NCBI GenBank assembly: GCA_963820525.1
Contig: CAWGAA010000001.1
Location: 32,001-96,000 of the forward strand
Direction: 5' to 3'
DNA length: 64,000 nt
From: an uncultured Spirochaetota bacterium
GTDB taxonomy: Bacteria; Spirochaetota; Spirochaetia; SZUA-6; Fen-1364
Made by a program: the position numbers and the translations under genes. The number at the start of each line of letters is the position of its first letter. Positions within the stretch are counted from its first letter, which is position 1. Below, piece after piece: positions 28,560 through 37,479 of the stretch. Below the pieces are notes generated by a model that made no database searches, was not told where the DNA came from, and saw nothing but the letters and a program-made list of their open reading frames with translations.

Positions 28560-29059
28560 TGGACCTGATCGCTGTCGGCATCGTGCGGGCGGCCCACGGG
28601 GTGAGGGGGGAGCTGGCTGTGGAAAGCTATTCCGGCAGCCTTGCCCATTTCAGCCGGCTGCGGGCGGCCTCCCTGAGGAAGAAGGGCAGCGAGCGGCTCC
28701 TCGGCATCGAATCGGTGCGCCAGCGCTCAACCGACGTGCTGGTGAGGTTTTCGGGCATCGACACGCGGGAGAAAGCGCAAGCGCTGGCGGGGTTCGAGTT
28801 GTGGGTAGAGAGAGAGCACGCTGCACCGCTCGCCGAGGGGGAGTTCTACGCGGCTGACCTCTGCAAGTGCTCGCTCTATTATGGAGAGCAGCTGATCGGA
28901 ACCGTGCGGTCAGTCGTTGACGCGGGTCCCAACCAGCTCCTCGAAGTGGCGCGGGCGGAAGGCAAGACCCTGCTGGTACCGTTCATAGACCACTTCATCG
29001 CCGAGGTGGACGTGGAGGGGGGGAGAATCTCCCTGCGGGAGGATTACATCGTTCGGTGA
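28559..29059 (+). CDS. rimM: ribosome maturation factor RimM
   Basis: AHGVRGE, GEFYAADL, LLVPF; operon position. Confidence 0.95.
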   Translation: MDLIAVGIVRAAHGVRGELAVESYSGSLAHFSRLRAASLRKKGSERLLGIESVRQRSTDVLVRFSGIDTREKAQALAGFELWVEREHAAPLAEGEFYAADLCKCSLYYGEQLIGTVRSVVDAGPNQLLEVARAEGKTLLVPFIDHFIAEVDVEGGRISLREDYIVR

Positions 29060-29811
29060 CTTTCACCATTCTCACCCTTTTTCCAGAGCTCTTTGAAGGC
29101 TTTCTCTCGAGCTCCATCCTGGCCCGCGCAATCGAGCGGGGGCTGGTGAGCGTCAGGCTGGTGGATATCCGCGATTTCGCGGCGGACCGGCACAGAGTCT
29201 GCGACGACTACTCCTATGGGGGAGGGCCGGGAATGGTCCTCAAGCCCGAGCCCCTCGCGCGGGCAATCGAATCGGTGGGCGTCGAGGGCAAACGGGTAGT
29301 TTACCTCACCCCCGCCGGCAGGCTATACTCCCAGGCCTTCGCGGAGCGGCTGGCGGGAGAAGGCGAGGTCGTGCTCCTGTGCGGGAGGTATGAAGGCATC
29401 GATCAGAGGATAATCGACGCCTTTGCCACCGACGAGGTCTCCATCGGGGACTACGTGCTCTCCGGCGGCGAGGTGGCCGCCATGGTGGTGGTGGATTCGG
29501 TCTCCCGGCTCCTTGAGGGCGTGATCGCCAGGGAATCCCTCGAGGAGGAGAGCTTTGGCGCCGGCGGGGGTCTCCTTGAGTATCCCCACTTCACCCGCCC
29601 CGAGGTTTTCCGGGGGGTACGGGTTCCCGAGGTGCTGCTCTCGGGGCACCACGAGAAGATCCGCAGGTGGCGATTGGAGAGAAGCATCGAGAAGACGCTG
29701 AGGTATCGTCCCGAGCTCCTCGCGTCGGCCGATCTCCCGCAGGAAGTGAAAGAGATCCTGCGGGAAATAAACAGAGAAGGAGATGGGCATGGATCTGTTG
29801 AAAGCGATTGA
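29056..29811 (+). CDS. trmD: tRNA (guanine-37-N1)-methyltransferase
   Basis: [33 protein letters not shown]. Confidence 0.97.
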   Translation: MTFTILTLFPELFEGFLSSSILARAIERGLVSVRLVDIRDFAADRHRVCDDYSYGGGPGMVLKPEPLARAIESVGVEGKRVVYLTPAGRLYSQAFAERLAGEGEVVLLCGRYEGIDQRIIDAFATDEVSIGDYVLSGGEVAAMVVVDSVSRLLEGVIARESLEEESFGAGGGLLEYPHFTRPEVFRGVRVPEVLLSGHHEKIRRWRLERSIEKTLRYRPELLASADLPQEVKEILREINREGDGHGSVESD

Positions 29812-30214
29812 GGCGTCACAGCTGAAGGAAAATGCGGAGGAGTTCCGCATCGGAGATACCGTAAAGGTCCACTTCAAGATCATCGAGGGAAAGACCGAGC
29901 GCGTGCAGGTTTTCGAAGGCATCGTCATCGCCAAGAAGCGCTCCGGCCTCAGGAAGACCTTCACCGTCAGGAAGATTTCCTACGGGGTGGGCGTGGAAAG
30001 GACTTTCCCCCTCCATTCGCCCAAAATCCAGAAGATCGTGCGCGTGCGGGAAGGCAAGGTACGGCGCGCCAAGCTGTACTACATCAGGAACCGCTACGGC
30101 AAAGCGGCCAAGGTGGCCGAGCTGATCAGAAAGCGCCGCGACATGAAGGTGCCCGAAACGGGGGCCGCGCAAACGGCGGAGAAGGCGGGATCCGAGCCTC
30201 AAGAGAACGCATAG
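29789..30214 (+). CDS. rplS: 50S ribosomal protein L19
   Basis: [33 protein letters not shown]. Confidence 0.97.
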   Translation: MDLLKAIEASQLKENAEEFRIGDTVKVHFKIIEGKTERVQVFEGIVIAKKRSGLRKTFTVRKISYGVGVERTFPLHSPKIQKIVRVREGKVRRAKLYYIRNRYGKAAKVAELIRKRRDMKVPETGAAQTAEKAGSEPQENA

Positions 30215-30232
30215 GCTCTCTCCCGCGAGCGC

Positions 30233-31237
30233 ATGGTTTCCAAGAGCGTCGCAGGGAATATCCAGATCACGGCATGGCGCGAGCTCAGGCTGCAGGCGGG
30301 CGAGCTGGTGTCCTTAAGTGTTCTCAAGCAGCTGGCGGAGCACAGGTGGGCCGTCGGAATCCAGGGGCGTGTCTTTCCCGCTTTTTCAAAGCTCGATCTC
30401 GTCGTCGGGACGGCGGTTCGCGCCCGCGTTTCGCTTGCCGGCGGGAAGCTTATCTTCACGATTGAAAGGCCGGAAGCGAATCCCACGGCGGCCGTTCTCG
30501 CGAGGCAGGGGCTCCCCGGCGGAAGGCTCTCGGAGCTCATCGCCTCCGCGCTTCTTCGGGCCGGCCAGCCCGTGAGCCCCGAGCTCGTGGAGAAGATCAA
30601 ATCCCTGCTCGAGCGCACTCCGCTTCGAAAGGAGCGGGCGGCAAGGAACCTGGCGGCACTTCTGGACAAGGGAATAGACCTGACGAGCCCGGCCGCCCAG
30701 AGCATCATGGAATGGATCAGCTTCGGAGAGAAGGGCTCACGAGATCATCGGCGTCATCGAGAACGGGGCATGCCAAAGTGCGCGAGCGCGGTACGGCAAG
30801 AGCTTAAGTCCCTGGCCGCTCGGCCGGCGGGGGAGGCCGGCGGGCTCGCCGTTTTCAACCACCTGAAGGGAAAAAACCAGTCATGGATCGTCATCCCCTT
30901 CCTCTTTTCCGATGAGGGCAACGAGTACCCCGGCACGATGAAGCTCCTCTTCGACCCCTTCCAGGCCAGGCCGCTCGCCTTCACGCTCACCGTGGCGCCC
31001 AACGGCGGGGCGGAGATCGCCTTTCATCTCCGCCTCACGGGAAAGAAGAGCCTCTCGGTATTTGCAGGGGATCGGCGGATGCGGTCGACGGCGGGAAGGT
31101 CTCTGGGCAGGCTCGCCTCAAATTTGCATAACCTGGGGATCGAAGTTGACGATACTATACATGGGGAGGAGAGCTTTGACGGCTTTTCACCCGCGTGGGA
31201 GGGGGCGATCGTGCGCGAAGTGGACACTGTCGGGTAA
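30233..31237 (+). CDS. conserved hypothetical protein, possibly FliK/YlqG-like
   Basis: 334-aa ORF in operon, directly before an FlhB-C homolog; FNHL..WIVIPF motif; family call is from synteny only. Confidence 0.6.
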   Translation: MVSKSVAGNIQITAWRELRLQAGELVSLSVLKQLAEHRWAVGIQGRVFPAFSKLDLVVGTAVRARVSLAGGKLIFTIERPEANPTAAVLARQGLPGGRLSELIASALLRAGQPVSPELVEKIKSLLERTPLRKERAARNLAALLDKGIDLTSPAAQSIMEWISFGEKGSRDHRRHRERGMPKCASAVRQELKSLAARPAGEAGGLAVFNHLKGKNQSWIVIPFLFSDEGNEYPGTMKLLFDPFQARPLAFTLTVAPNGGAEIAFHLRLTGKKSLSVFAGDRRMRSTAGRSLGRLASNLHNLGIEVDDTIHGEESFDGFSPAWEGAIVREVDTVG

Positions 31238-31243
31238 GCGGGC

Positions 31244-31501
31244 ATGGCCAGGGCGGAAAAAGCGGCCGCGCTGCGGTATACTGAGGATCTTCCCGCGCCC
31301 ATAGTTGTCGCGGCCGGCAAGGGGGCGCTTGCGGCGCTCATCAAAAAGATAGCGAAGGAGAACGGAGTGGTCCTGGTGGAAAACCCCGAGCTCGCCGACA
31401 CCCTTCTCAGCCTGGAAGTCGGGTCTCTCATCCCGGAATCACTGTACGCCGTCATTGCCGAAATACTCGCTTTCGTGCGAACCCTGGGGTCCAAGAGATG
31501 A
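31244..31501 (+). CDS. stand-alone FlhB C-terminal domain (EscU/YscU/HrcU family, YlqH-like)
   Basis: AAALRY..APIVVAAGKG..ENPELA..IPESLYAVIAEIL. Confidence 0.9.
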   Translation: MARAEKAAALRYTEDLPAPIVVAAGKGALAALIKKIAKENGVVLVENPELADTLLSLEVGSLIPESLYAVIAEILAFVRTLGSKR

Positions 31502-33039
31502 AGAGCATCAAGACGTCCGACCTGCAGGACGGAATGAAGTTCGACAAGCCCGTTTTCGTCGATGGAGAGAATGTCTTCGTTCCGGCGGGCATTCCCATCC
31601 GCCAGAAGGACATTGACCGGCTGCTGCGCTGGGAGATCGCGGAGGTTCAAACCGAGGGAGATCTCGTCAAAGAGGGGCCGAGAAAGCCCGGCGAGCCCAT
31701 CGACCTCTCGATCTTCAAGGACCTGACCGGGGACAAGAAGTCGCTGGAGGTGTACCTCAGGGCAATCGAGGAATACGACCGCATCACGGCGGACATCATG
31801 GAGGGACGCGACCCGGAGAGGACCAAGATAGACTCCGTGGTCAACCTGCTGCTGGAAAGGATCAAGGAGAACAGGAACGAGATGATCCAGCTCATCCTCA
31901 TGGGAGGAAAGACGGATCGAAAGATATCGGCTAGCGCCGTCAATGTCACCATCCTCTCCACCATCATCGGAATGGTCTTGAGATTCACCAGCCACCGCCT
32001 CATCCAGCTCACCACGGCGGCGTACCTCCACGACGTTGGCATGATGAAGGTCTCCAAGGAGATACTGGCCAAGAAGGAGACGCTGAGCCCCGAAGAGCTC
32101 AATCAGATCAGGACCCACCCCATCCATTCCTATCGGATGATCTCCAAGGAGTTGAAGTATCCGGAAGAGATCGGAATCATCGCGCTGCAGCATCACGAGA
32201 GATGGGATGGGCAGGGATACCCCCGGCGTCTGCACGGCGAGGACATCAACATCTCCTCGCGGGTGGTGGCGGTCGCGGATGCCTACATCGCAATGATCAA
32301 CGAGCGGCCATACAGGAACTCCATCATCGGCTACAGCGCCATGAAGTCGGTCCTCAACGACAACGGGAGGCACTTCGATCCGAGGATCCTCAAGGCTTTC
32401 CTGGAGAGCATGGGCATCTATCCCATCGGCAGCATCGTCCAGCTCAACAACTCGGCCATCGGACGGGTGGTCGAGATCCACGCGGAGGCCCCCTTGCGGC
32501 CCGTCATCGAGCTCATCGTCGACGAATACTCCAACAGCGTGAACGAGCGGGAAGCGATCGACCTGCTGACAAAGAAAAGCCTCTTCATCGTGAAGGCGGT
32601 GGACCCCAAGGTGGTCGGCTACGGGTCGGGAGCTGCAATGAAGGATATCGGGGCCATGACGGGAAAGCCGGTTTCCAGCAGGGGCAGGGGTGAGGAAGGC
32701 GAGAGGAGCGCGGCGCTCTACTTGAGCGGCCGCGGCTACAAGCTTCTCGCGACGAACTTCCGGTCCCGTTTCGGCGAGATCGATATCATCGCGGAGAAGG
32801 ACGATACGGTCGCGTTCGTCGAGGTGAAGTCATGGAAGGCCCTCGGTGAGGCTGATCTGGAGTTCTCGATCGGGCGGACAAAACAGAGGCGGATCGTGGG
32901 CACGGCGCGGCTGTTTCTTTCCCGGCAGCCCCAGTTGACGGGGAAGCGGCTGCGCTTCGACGTGATCTTTCTTGGAGGAAGGGACTCCCGCAGTGGAGTC
33001 AGGCATATCGAGAACGCTTTCGGTGGAGCGGTACAGTAG
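31498..33039 (+). CDS. HD-GYP phosphodiesterase fused in-frame to YraN (PD-(D/E)xK) domain
   Basis: aa 1-380: LHDVG, HHERWDGQGYP, RPYR. aa 381-513: GEEGERSAALYL, NFRSRFGEIDII, FVEVK, RFDVI, HIENAF. No stop codon between them. Confidence 0.85.
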   Translation: MKSIKTSDLQDGMKFDKPVFVDGENVFVPAGIPIRQKDIDRLLRWEIAEVQTEGDLVKEGPRKPGEPIDLSIFKDLTGDKKSLEVYLRAIEEYDRITADIMEGRDPERTKIDSVVNLLLERIKENRNEMIQLILMGGKTDRKISASAVNVTILSTIIGMVLRFTSHRLIQLTTAAYLHDVGMMKVSKEILAKKETLSPEELNQIRTHPIHSYRMISKELKYPEEIGIIALQHHERWDGQGYPRRLHGEDINISSRVVAVADAYIAMINERPYRNSIIGYSAMKSVLNDNGRHFDPRILKAFLESMGIYPIGSIVQLNNSAIGRVVEIHAEAPLRPVIELIVDEYSNSVNEREAIDLLTKKSLFIVKAVDPKVVGYGSGAAMKDIGAMTGKPVSSRGRGEEGERSAALYLSGRGYKLLATNFRSRFGEIDIIAEKDDTVAFVEVKSWKALGEADLEFSIGRTKQRRIVGTARLFLSRQPQLTGKRLRFDVIFLGGRDSRSGVRHIENAFGGAVQ

Positions 33040-33176
33040 TGGTGCGCATAGCGAAGAAGACTGATCCGAAGAAAATCGCGGAGCTCAAGAAGAAGATCCA
33101 CGACGAAGAGTACCTCTTGCAGGCCATCCAGAAAATCGCTCAAGATCTCACCAGGAGCATCGAGCAGGGGGTGTAA
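33039..33176 (+). CDS. 45-aa FlgM-like microprotein (not in ORF track)
   Basis: MVRIAKKTDPKKIAELKKKIHDEEYLLQAIQKIAQDLTRSIEQGV; GTG overlaps upstream TAG; GGAG upstream; fills the gap to the next ATG. Confidence 0.7.
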   Translation: MVRIAKKTDPKKIAELKKKIHDEEYLLQAIQKIAQDLTRSIEQGV

Positions 33177-33179
33177 GGG

Positions 33180-33554
33180 ATGAGTTCGCGAAACTTCAGG
33201 CGGAGGGGCCACAGGAGGAGGCACAAGCCCGACGGTGAGGCCCCGGCTCAAGTCGAGCAGCTTCAGAGCTTCCCGCAGTGCCCGGTCTGCAGCAAGCCGG
33301 TGCGGGATCTGCAATCCGCTCTTTCACACCAGTCCACCGGGACTCCCGCGCATTTCGACTGCGTGCTCAAGGAGCTTCGTGACATGAACGAGGTCCTTCC
33401 CCAGGAGAAGATCTGTTACCTGGGGGGCGGGACCTTCGGGATTCTGCAATTCCGCGCTTCGGGAAGCAACAAATTCACAATAAAAAAGAAAATCCCCTAC
33501 GAGGACAAGGAAACTCCCCACGAATGGAAGAGGGCGCTTCTCATTTCAAGCTGA
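33180..33554 (+). CDS. hypothetical protein with Arg-rich N-terminus and CxxC..HxxC zinc finger
   Basis: CPVC...AHFDC, YLGGGTFG. Confidence 0.8.
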   Translation: MSSRNFRRRGHRRRHKPDGEAPAQVEQLQSFPQCPVCSKPVRDLQSALSHQSTGTPAHFDCVLKELRDMNEVLPQEKICYLGGGTFGILQFRASGSNKFTIKKKIPYEDKETPHEWKRALLISS

Positions 33555-33664
33555 TCCGTTAATCGTAGAAAAACGCTTGCAACCTCCCTGCGCATAATAG
33601 TATAGTGACAATAATTTTATGAAAGACATACAATCCTGATTGTTTACAATAAAAGGAGAATAGT

Positions 33665-34195
33665 ATGTCACTGAAATATGCCCTGCTTGGGCTCCTGGCG
33701 GAAAGCCCGAAGTACGGGTATGAAATAAAAAGGCGTTTCGAAGGCGCGCTCGGCAATGTCTGGTCGGTTTCCTACGGGCAGCTCTATCCGACCCTGAGAC
33801 GTCTCTCCGAGCAGGGATGGGTAACCAAGAAGACAGAGCCGGGCAAGAAGGCGGCGGAAAAGAACATCTACTCCATCATGGAGAAGGGTCGCAAAAAGCT
33901 CGATGAATGGCTCTTGAAGCCACTGAGAAACACGTACAAGGTGAAGGACGAGTTCACGCTGCGGTTCCTCTTTTTCAGCAAGCTCCCCCGCGATACCGTG
34001 CTGGAATACCTGAAAGTTCAGCAGAAGAAAACGGTCCTCCAGCGGGAGAGCTACCAGCGAACCCTCATATCGCTGCGTGACGATCTCGATTACTACCTGC
34101 AGGCAATCATCCGCAAGGGCATCATCCACCTCGAGGCCGAGAACCAGTGGATGGAAGAGGTGATCAACGACATCAGAAGCGGCGAGGCAGGCTGA
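33665..34195 (+). CDS. PadR family transcriptional regulator
   Basis: LLGLL..YGYEI..SYGQLYPTL..YSIMEKG; AAGGAG SD; TTGCAA-18-TATAGT at 33577-33606. Confidence 0.93.
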   Translation: MSLKYALLGLLAESPKYGYEIKRRFEGALGNVWSVSYGQLYPTLRRLSEQGWVTKKTEPGKKAAEKNIYSIMEKGRKKLDEWLLKPLRNTYKVKDEFTLRFLFFSKLPRDTVLEYLKVQQKKTVLQRESYQRTLISLRDDLDYYLQAIIRKGIIHLEAENQWMEEVINDIRSGEAG

Positions 34196-34219
34196 AGCCC
34201 CCGAAATGCCGGGGCGCCG

Positions 34220-34942
34220 TCACTTGCCCTGCTGCTTCATCGTATCCAAGACCTGAAAGGCTTTTGCCTTCACAATTTTCAGGTAATTCCCCTGGGCGAT
34301 CTTGACCAGCGCACGGTACGCAGCCGGGTCCGTGACGCCCCCCGTCTTTTTGCCGATCTTTTCGAGGGCCAGGGAAACGGCCATCGCGAAATTATTGTCG
34401 GGCTGTGTCGGATCCTCGCGGTCGATGGCGAAGGCCAGGGCCTCCACGGCTTCGTTTTTTTCGTTCAACCCGATTGTCCCCAGACCGTACGCGGCCTCCG
34501 CCTTCACCATGGGTTCGCTGTCGCCCAGGAGCACCGTGATGAGGGCATTCACCGATTGTTGTCCTCCCAGGCGTCCCAGCATGCCCGCCGCCCTGCGCCG
34601 CACTTCGGGGAAGTTGTTGACCTGCCTGCGGTCTTCCTTGACGGTGCGCAGCGATCCTTCCATGGAAAGGTACTCCAGCACGAACTCGACCCGGGCCGTG
34701 TTGTCGCCCACCGTGCGGTCATTGATCATCTTCTCCAGATCGTCGAGTGCGCTCATCTTCACGTCGTAGTCTTCGGAGAAGGCCTTCTCACGGAGAATCT
34801 GGAACTGAACGCTCTTGAGAAAGAGCTCCTCGATCGTGAGCTCCTTCGAGCCCCCCTTGGCGTCCTGGCCGAAGGCGGCCGGGGAGGCGAGGAGGGCGAG
34901 CAGAACCACGATAACGGTTGCCAATACGTGCGCTTTTCTCAT
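34220..34942 (-). CDS. exported HEAT-repeat protein
   Basis: Signal peptide (AAFGQ); HEAT-like EVRRRAAGMLG, MVKAEAAYGLG; start moved to ATG 34942 behind GGGAG. Confidence 0.82.
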   Translation of the reverse strand: MRKAHVLATVIVVLLALLASPAAFGQDAKGGSKELTIEELFLKSVQFQILREKAFSEDYDVKMSALDDLEKMINDRTVGDNTARVEFVLEYLSMEGSLRTVKEDRRQVNNFPEVRRRAAGMLGRLGGQQSVNALITVLLGDSEPMVKAEAAYGLGTIGLNEKNEAVEALAFAIDREDPTQPDNNFAMAVSLALEKIGKKTGGVTDPAAYRALVKIAQGNYLKIVKAKAFQVLDTMKQQGK

Positions 34943-34976
34943 ACAACACTCCCATTCATGCATAGGATCGCTCGGA

Positions 34977-35492
34977 TCACCAGATTCCAATCATCCAATC
35001 GGCATCCACCCGAACCAGAAGGTAGAGGATGGCGGGATTGCCGTTTATAATGGTTATCGCCTTGACATGGGTCTCATCGATGAAGCTGATGTCGTGAAGG
35101 GTGGCCTGCACGCGGCTCGGCACGACAACGGCCAGGAAATAGTCCTTCAGGCTGGTGAGCGTGACGTGGTCCTTCTGGAGCATGGGGCTCATGGATGCCT
35201 CATGAAGAAACTCGGGGCTGCTCGTCTTGGCGATATAGTCGGGCGAGAGGTGGCGGACCCACTCATCGAAATCCTTCGCCTGGATGATTTCGTTGAGCAT
35301 GGTGACGAGCTCTTCGATTTCGGAAAACGTCTGCTTGTAGAGATCTTCCGTGACCACGAACTGAGGCGCGCCCTGATCTTCTTCAGCGGGCTGGGAAAAC
35401 CCCTTGTTCGTTCCGCGATCGGAAAGCGAGGCGCAGGAGAGCAGGATGGCCGCCGACAACAGGATGGAAGAATGCTTCCCGCTCACTCTCAT
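34977..35492 (-). CDS. conserved hypothetical lipoprotein
   Basis: Lipobox LLSC; LKDYFLAVVVPSR; own promoter TTGACA-17-TAGAAT. Confidence 0.78.
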   Translation of the reverse strand: MRVSGKHSSILLSAAILLSCASLSDRGTNKGFSQPAEEDQGAPQFVVTEDLYKQTFSEIEELVTMLNEIIQAKDFDEWVRHLSPDYIAKTSSPEFLHEASMSPMLQKDHVTLTSLKDYFLAVVVPSRVQATLHDISFIDETHVKAITIINGNPAILYLLVRVDADWMIGIW

Positions 35493-35590
35493 TGATAACG
35501 ATTCTATCTCCCGCTCACCCCTTTGTCAAAGACTTTTCAGGACGGGACGGGCCCTTGATGCTGCAAAGATCGATAGGTATTCTTCCTTTC

Positions 35591-36109
35591 ATGTTCAAGG
35601 TGATTCTCCCCGGCACCTTTGATCCCCCCACCAACGGACATCTCAATATCCTCCACAGGGCATCGCGGCTGTTCGACGCCGTGGAGGTGGTGATCGCGGC
35701 CAACCCGGGCAAGGCGCAGCTCTTCAGCCCGGATGAGCGCTTTCAGATGATGAAAGCCCTCGCCCAGGGCCTGCCGAACATCCACGTGAGCATCTGGGAC
35801 GGCCTGATCGTCGATTTTGCCGACAGGGTGGGGGTCCACACAATCCTGCGCGGAGTCCGGGCACTGGCCGATTTCGATTACGAGTTCGAGCTTTCCCTCA
35901 TGAACAAGTCCCTGAACCCCAAAATAGAGACCATCTTCATGCCGACGGATCAGAAATATTCGATATTAAGGTCTTCCGTGATCAAGGATGTGGCACGTTT
36001 CGGAGGCGATGTGGCGGGAATGGTGCCGCCCGTCGTGGCCAGGGCGCTGCGGGTGAAGCTGGGAGCGCCCATTGCAGGGCAGGAAGGAACGGGAAGCGAA
36101 ACGCCTTGA
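35591..36109 (+). CDS. coaD: phosphopantetheine adenylyltransferase
   Basis: PGTFDPPTNGH, LRGVR..DFDYE; start moved to ATG 35591. Confidence 0.95.
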   Translation: MFKVILPGTFDPPTNGHLNILHRASRLFDAVEVVIAANPGKAQLFSPDERFQMMKALAQGLPNIHVSIWDGLIVDFADRVGVHTILRGVRALADFDYEFELSLMNKSLNPKIETIFMPTDQKYSILRSSVIKDVARFGGDVAGMVPPVVARALRVKLGAPIAGQEGTGSETP

Positions 36110-36176
36110 CATTCCGCCCTCTATAGTGTAGTTTTGCCTGACTTTACCGATACAATCCACTTTGAGGTGATTTCGT

Positions 36177-36365
36177 ATGGCTTTGCCGAAAAGGAGAATC
36201 TCCCGTGCGAGAGGACGCCAGAGACGTGCCGTGAATATGCGGCTCGCCGTTCCAACGCTCGTGGAGTGCAGCAATTGCGGAAACCGCGTCATGCCCCACC
36301 GTGTGTGCCCGAAGTGCGGTTTCTACCGGGGCAAGCAGATCCTCAAGCCCGAGGAGATGCCCTGA
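36177..36365 (+). CDS. rpmF: 50S ribosomal protein L32 (zinc-binding type)
   Basis: MALPKRR, CSNCG, PHRVCPKCGFYRG. Confidence 0.96.
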   Translation: MALPKRRISRARGRQRRAVNMRLAVPTLVECSNCGNRVMPHRVCPKCGFYRGKQILKPEEMP

Positions 36366-36436
36366 AGCGTAGTTTGGAATCGTCCGGATGAATTTCATTC
36401 ATCTTTTTTGAAACTATTTCCAGGAGGTTGAGCTGT

Positions 36437-36676
36437 ATGGACGAATTATTCGAAAAAATGAAGAAACTCATTGCCGACAGGCTCGAAATCGACGAATCAA
36501 AGATCACTCTCGATTCCTCGTTCCGGCAGGACCTCGGAGCCGACAGCCTCGACACCTACGAGCTCGTCTACGCCATCGAAGAGGAGCTGGGCATCAGCAT
36601 CCCCGACGAGAAGGCGAACGAGTTCGAGACGGTCAAGGACGCTCTCGAGTACATCCGCTCCCAGCTGAAGAAATAG
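36437..36676 (+). CDS. acpP: acyl carrier protein
   Basis: DLGADSLD; AGGAGG SD. Confidence 0.96.
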   Translation: MDELFEKMKKLIADRLEIDESKITLDSSFRQDLGADSLDTYELVYAIEEELGISIPDEKANEFETVKDALEYIRSQLKK

Positions 36677-36683
36677 GAAGGAT

Positions 36684-37454
36684 TTGTTCAAGAAACCGAA
36701 GCGCCTAACCCTGTCGCTTCCCCAGGAAAGAAAGAAAGAGCTCCAGCTCTTTGAGCGGCACGCCGGAATACGGTTCAGGGAGCTGGAGTCTCTCAATCAG
36801 GCATTCACGCACAGGTCCTACGCGAACGAGCTCTCGGATACTGCCGTGAACAACGAGCGGCTGGAGTTTCTCGGCGACTCCGTGCTGGGAATGGTGGTGA
36901 GCGAGTACCTCTACCAGACGCTCCCCGACCAGCCGGAGGGAGAGCTTGCGCGGATCAAGAGCTTCGTGGTGAGCGAGGCGAGCCTGTCCGAGATCTCCAA
37001 GCGTCTGCGCGTCGACAACTTCATCCTCATCGGCAAGGGCGAGGAATACTCGGGGGGAAGATCCAAGAAGGCCATCCTGGCGGACGCCCTGGAGGCCATC
37101 ATCGGGGCGTACTACCTGGATTCAGGATTTCTTCCTGCGCGCGCGTTCGTTCACCTGATCCTCATCCCCGAGATCAACAAGGTGCTGGAGAACCGCCACG
37201 CCAAGGACTACAAGACCCTCCTCCAAGAGCTCGTTCAAAAGCGGATGAGGACGTATCCCCGGTACAAGGTGGTTCAGAAAACGGGCCCCGACCACGATCG
37301 GACGTTCATGATCGAGGTCCACATCGCCGAGCGCTCCTACGGTCCCGGGCGGGGCAAGAACAAGAAGGAAGCGGAGCAGGACGCGGCGCGAATCGCCTAC
37401 CTCGCCCTCCAGGAGCGGGAGAAACCCCCCGCTTCAAAGGGACAATCCTCGTAA
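36684..37454 (+). CDS. rnc: ribonuclease III
   Basis: NERLEFLGDSVL, ADALEAIIGA, dsRBD (KTLLQE..GKNKKEAEQ). Confidence 0.97.
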   Translation: MFKKPKRLTLSLPQERKKELQLFERHAGIRFRELESLNQAFTHRSYANELSDTAVNNERLEFLGDSVLGMVVSEYLYQTLPDQPEGELARIKSFVVSEASLSEISKRLRVDNFILIGKGEEYSGGRSKKAILADALEAIIGAYYLDSGFLPARAFVHLILIPEINKVLENRHAKDYKTLLQELVQKRMRTYPRYKVVQKTGPDHDRTFMIEVHIAERSYGPGRGKNKKEAEQDAARIAYLALQEREKPPASKGQSS

Positions 37455-37479
37455 GCGTGCGGCCGGTAAATCGGCATTC

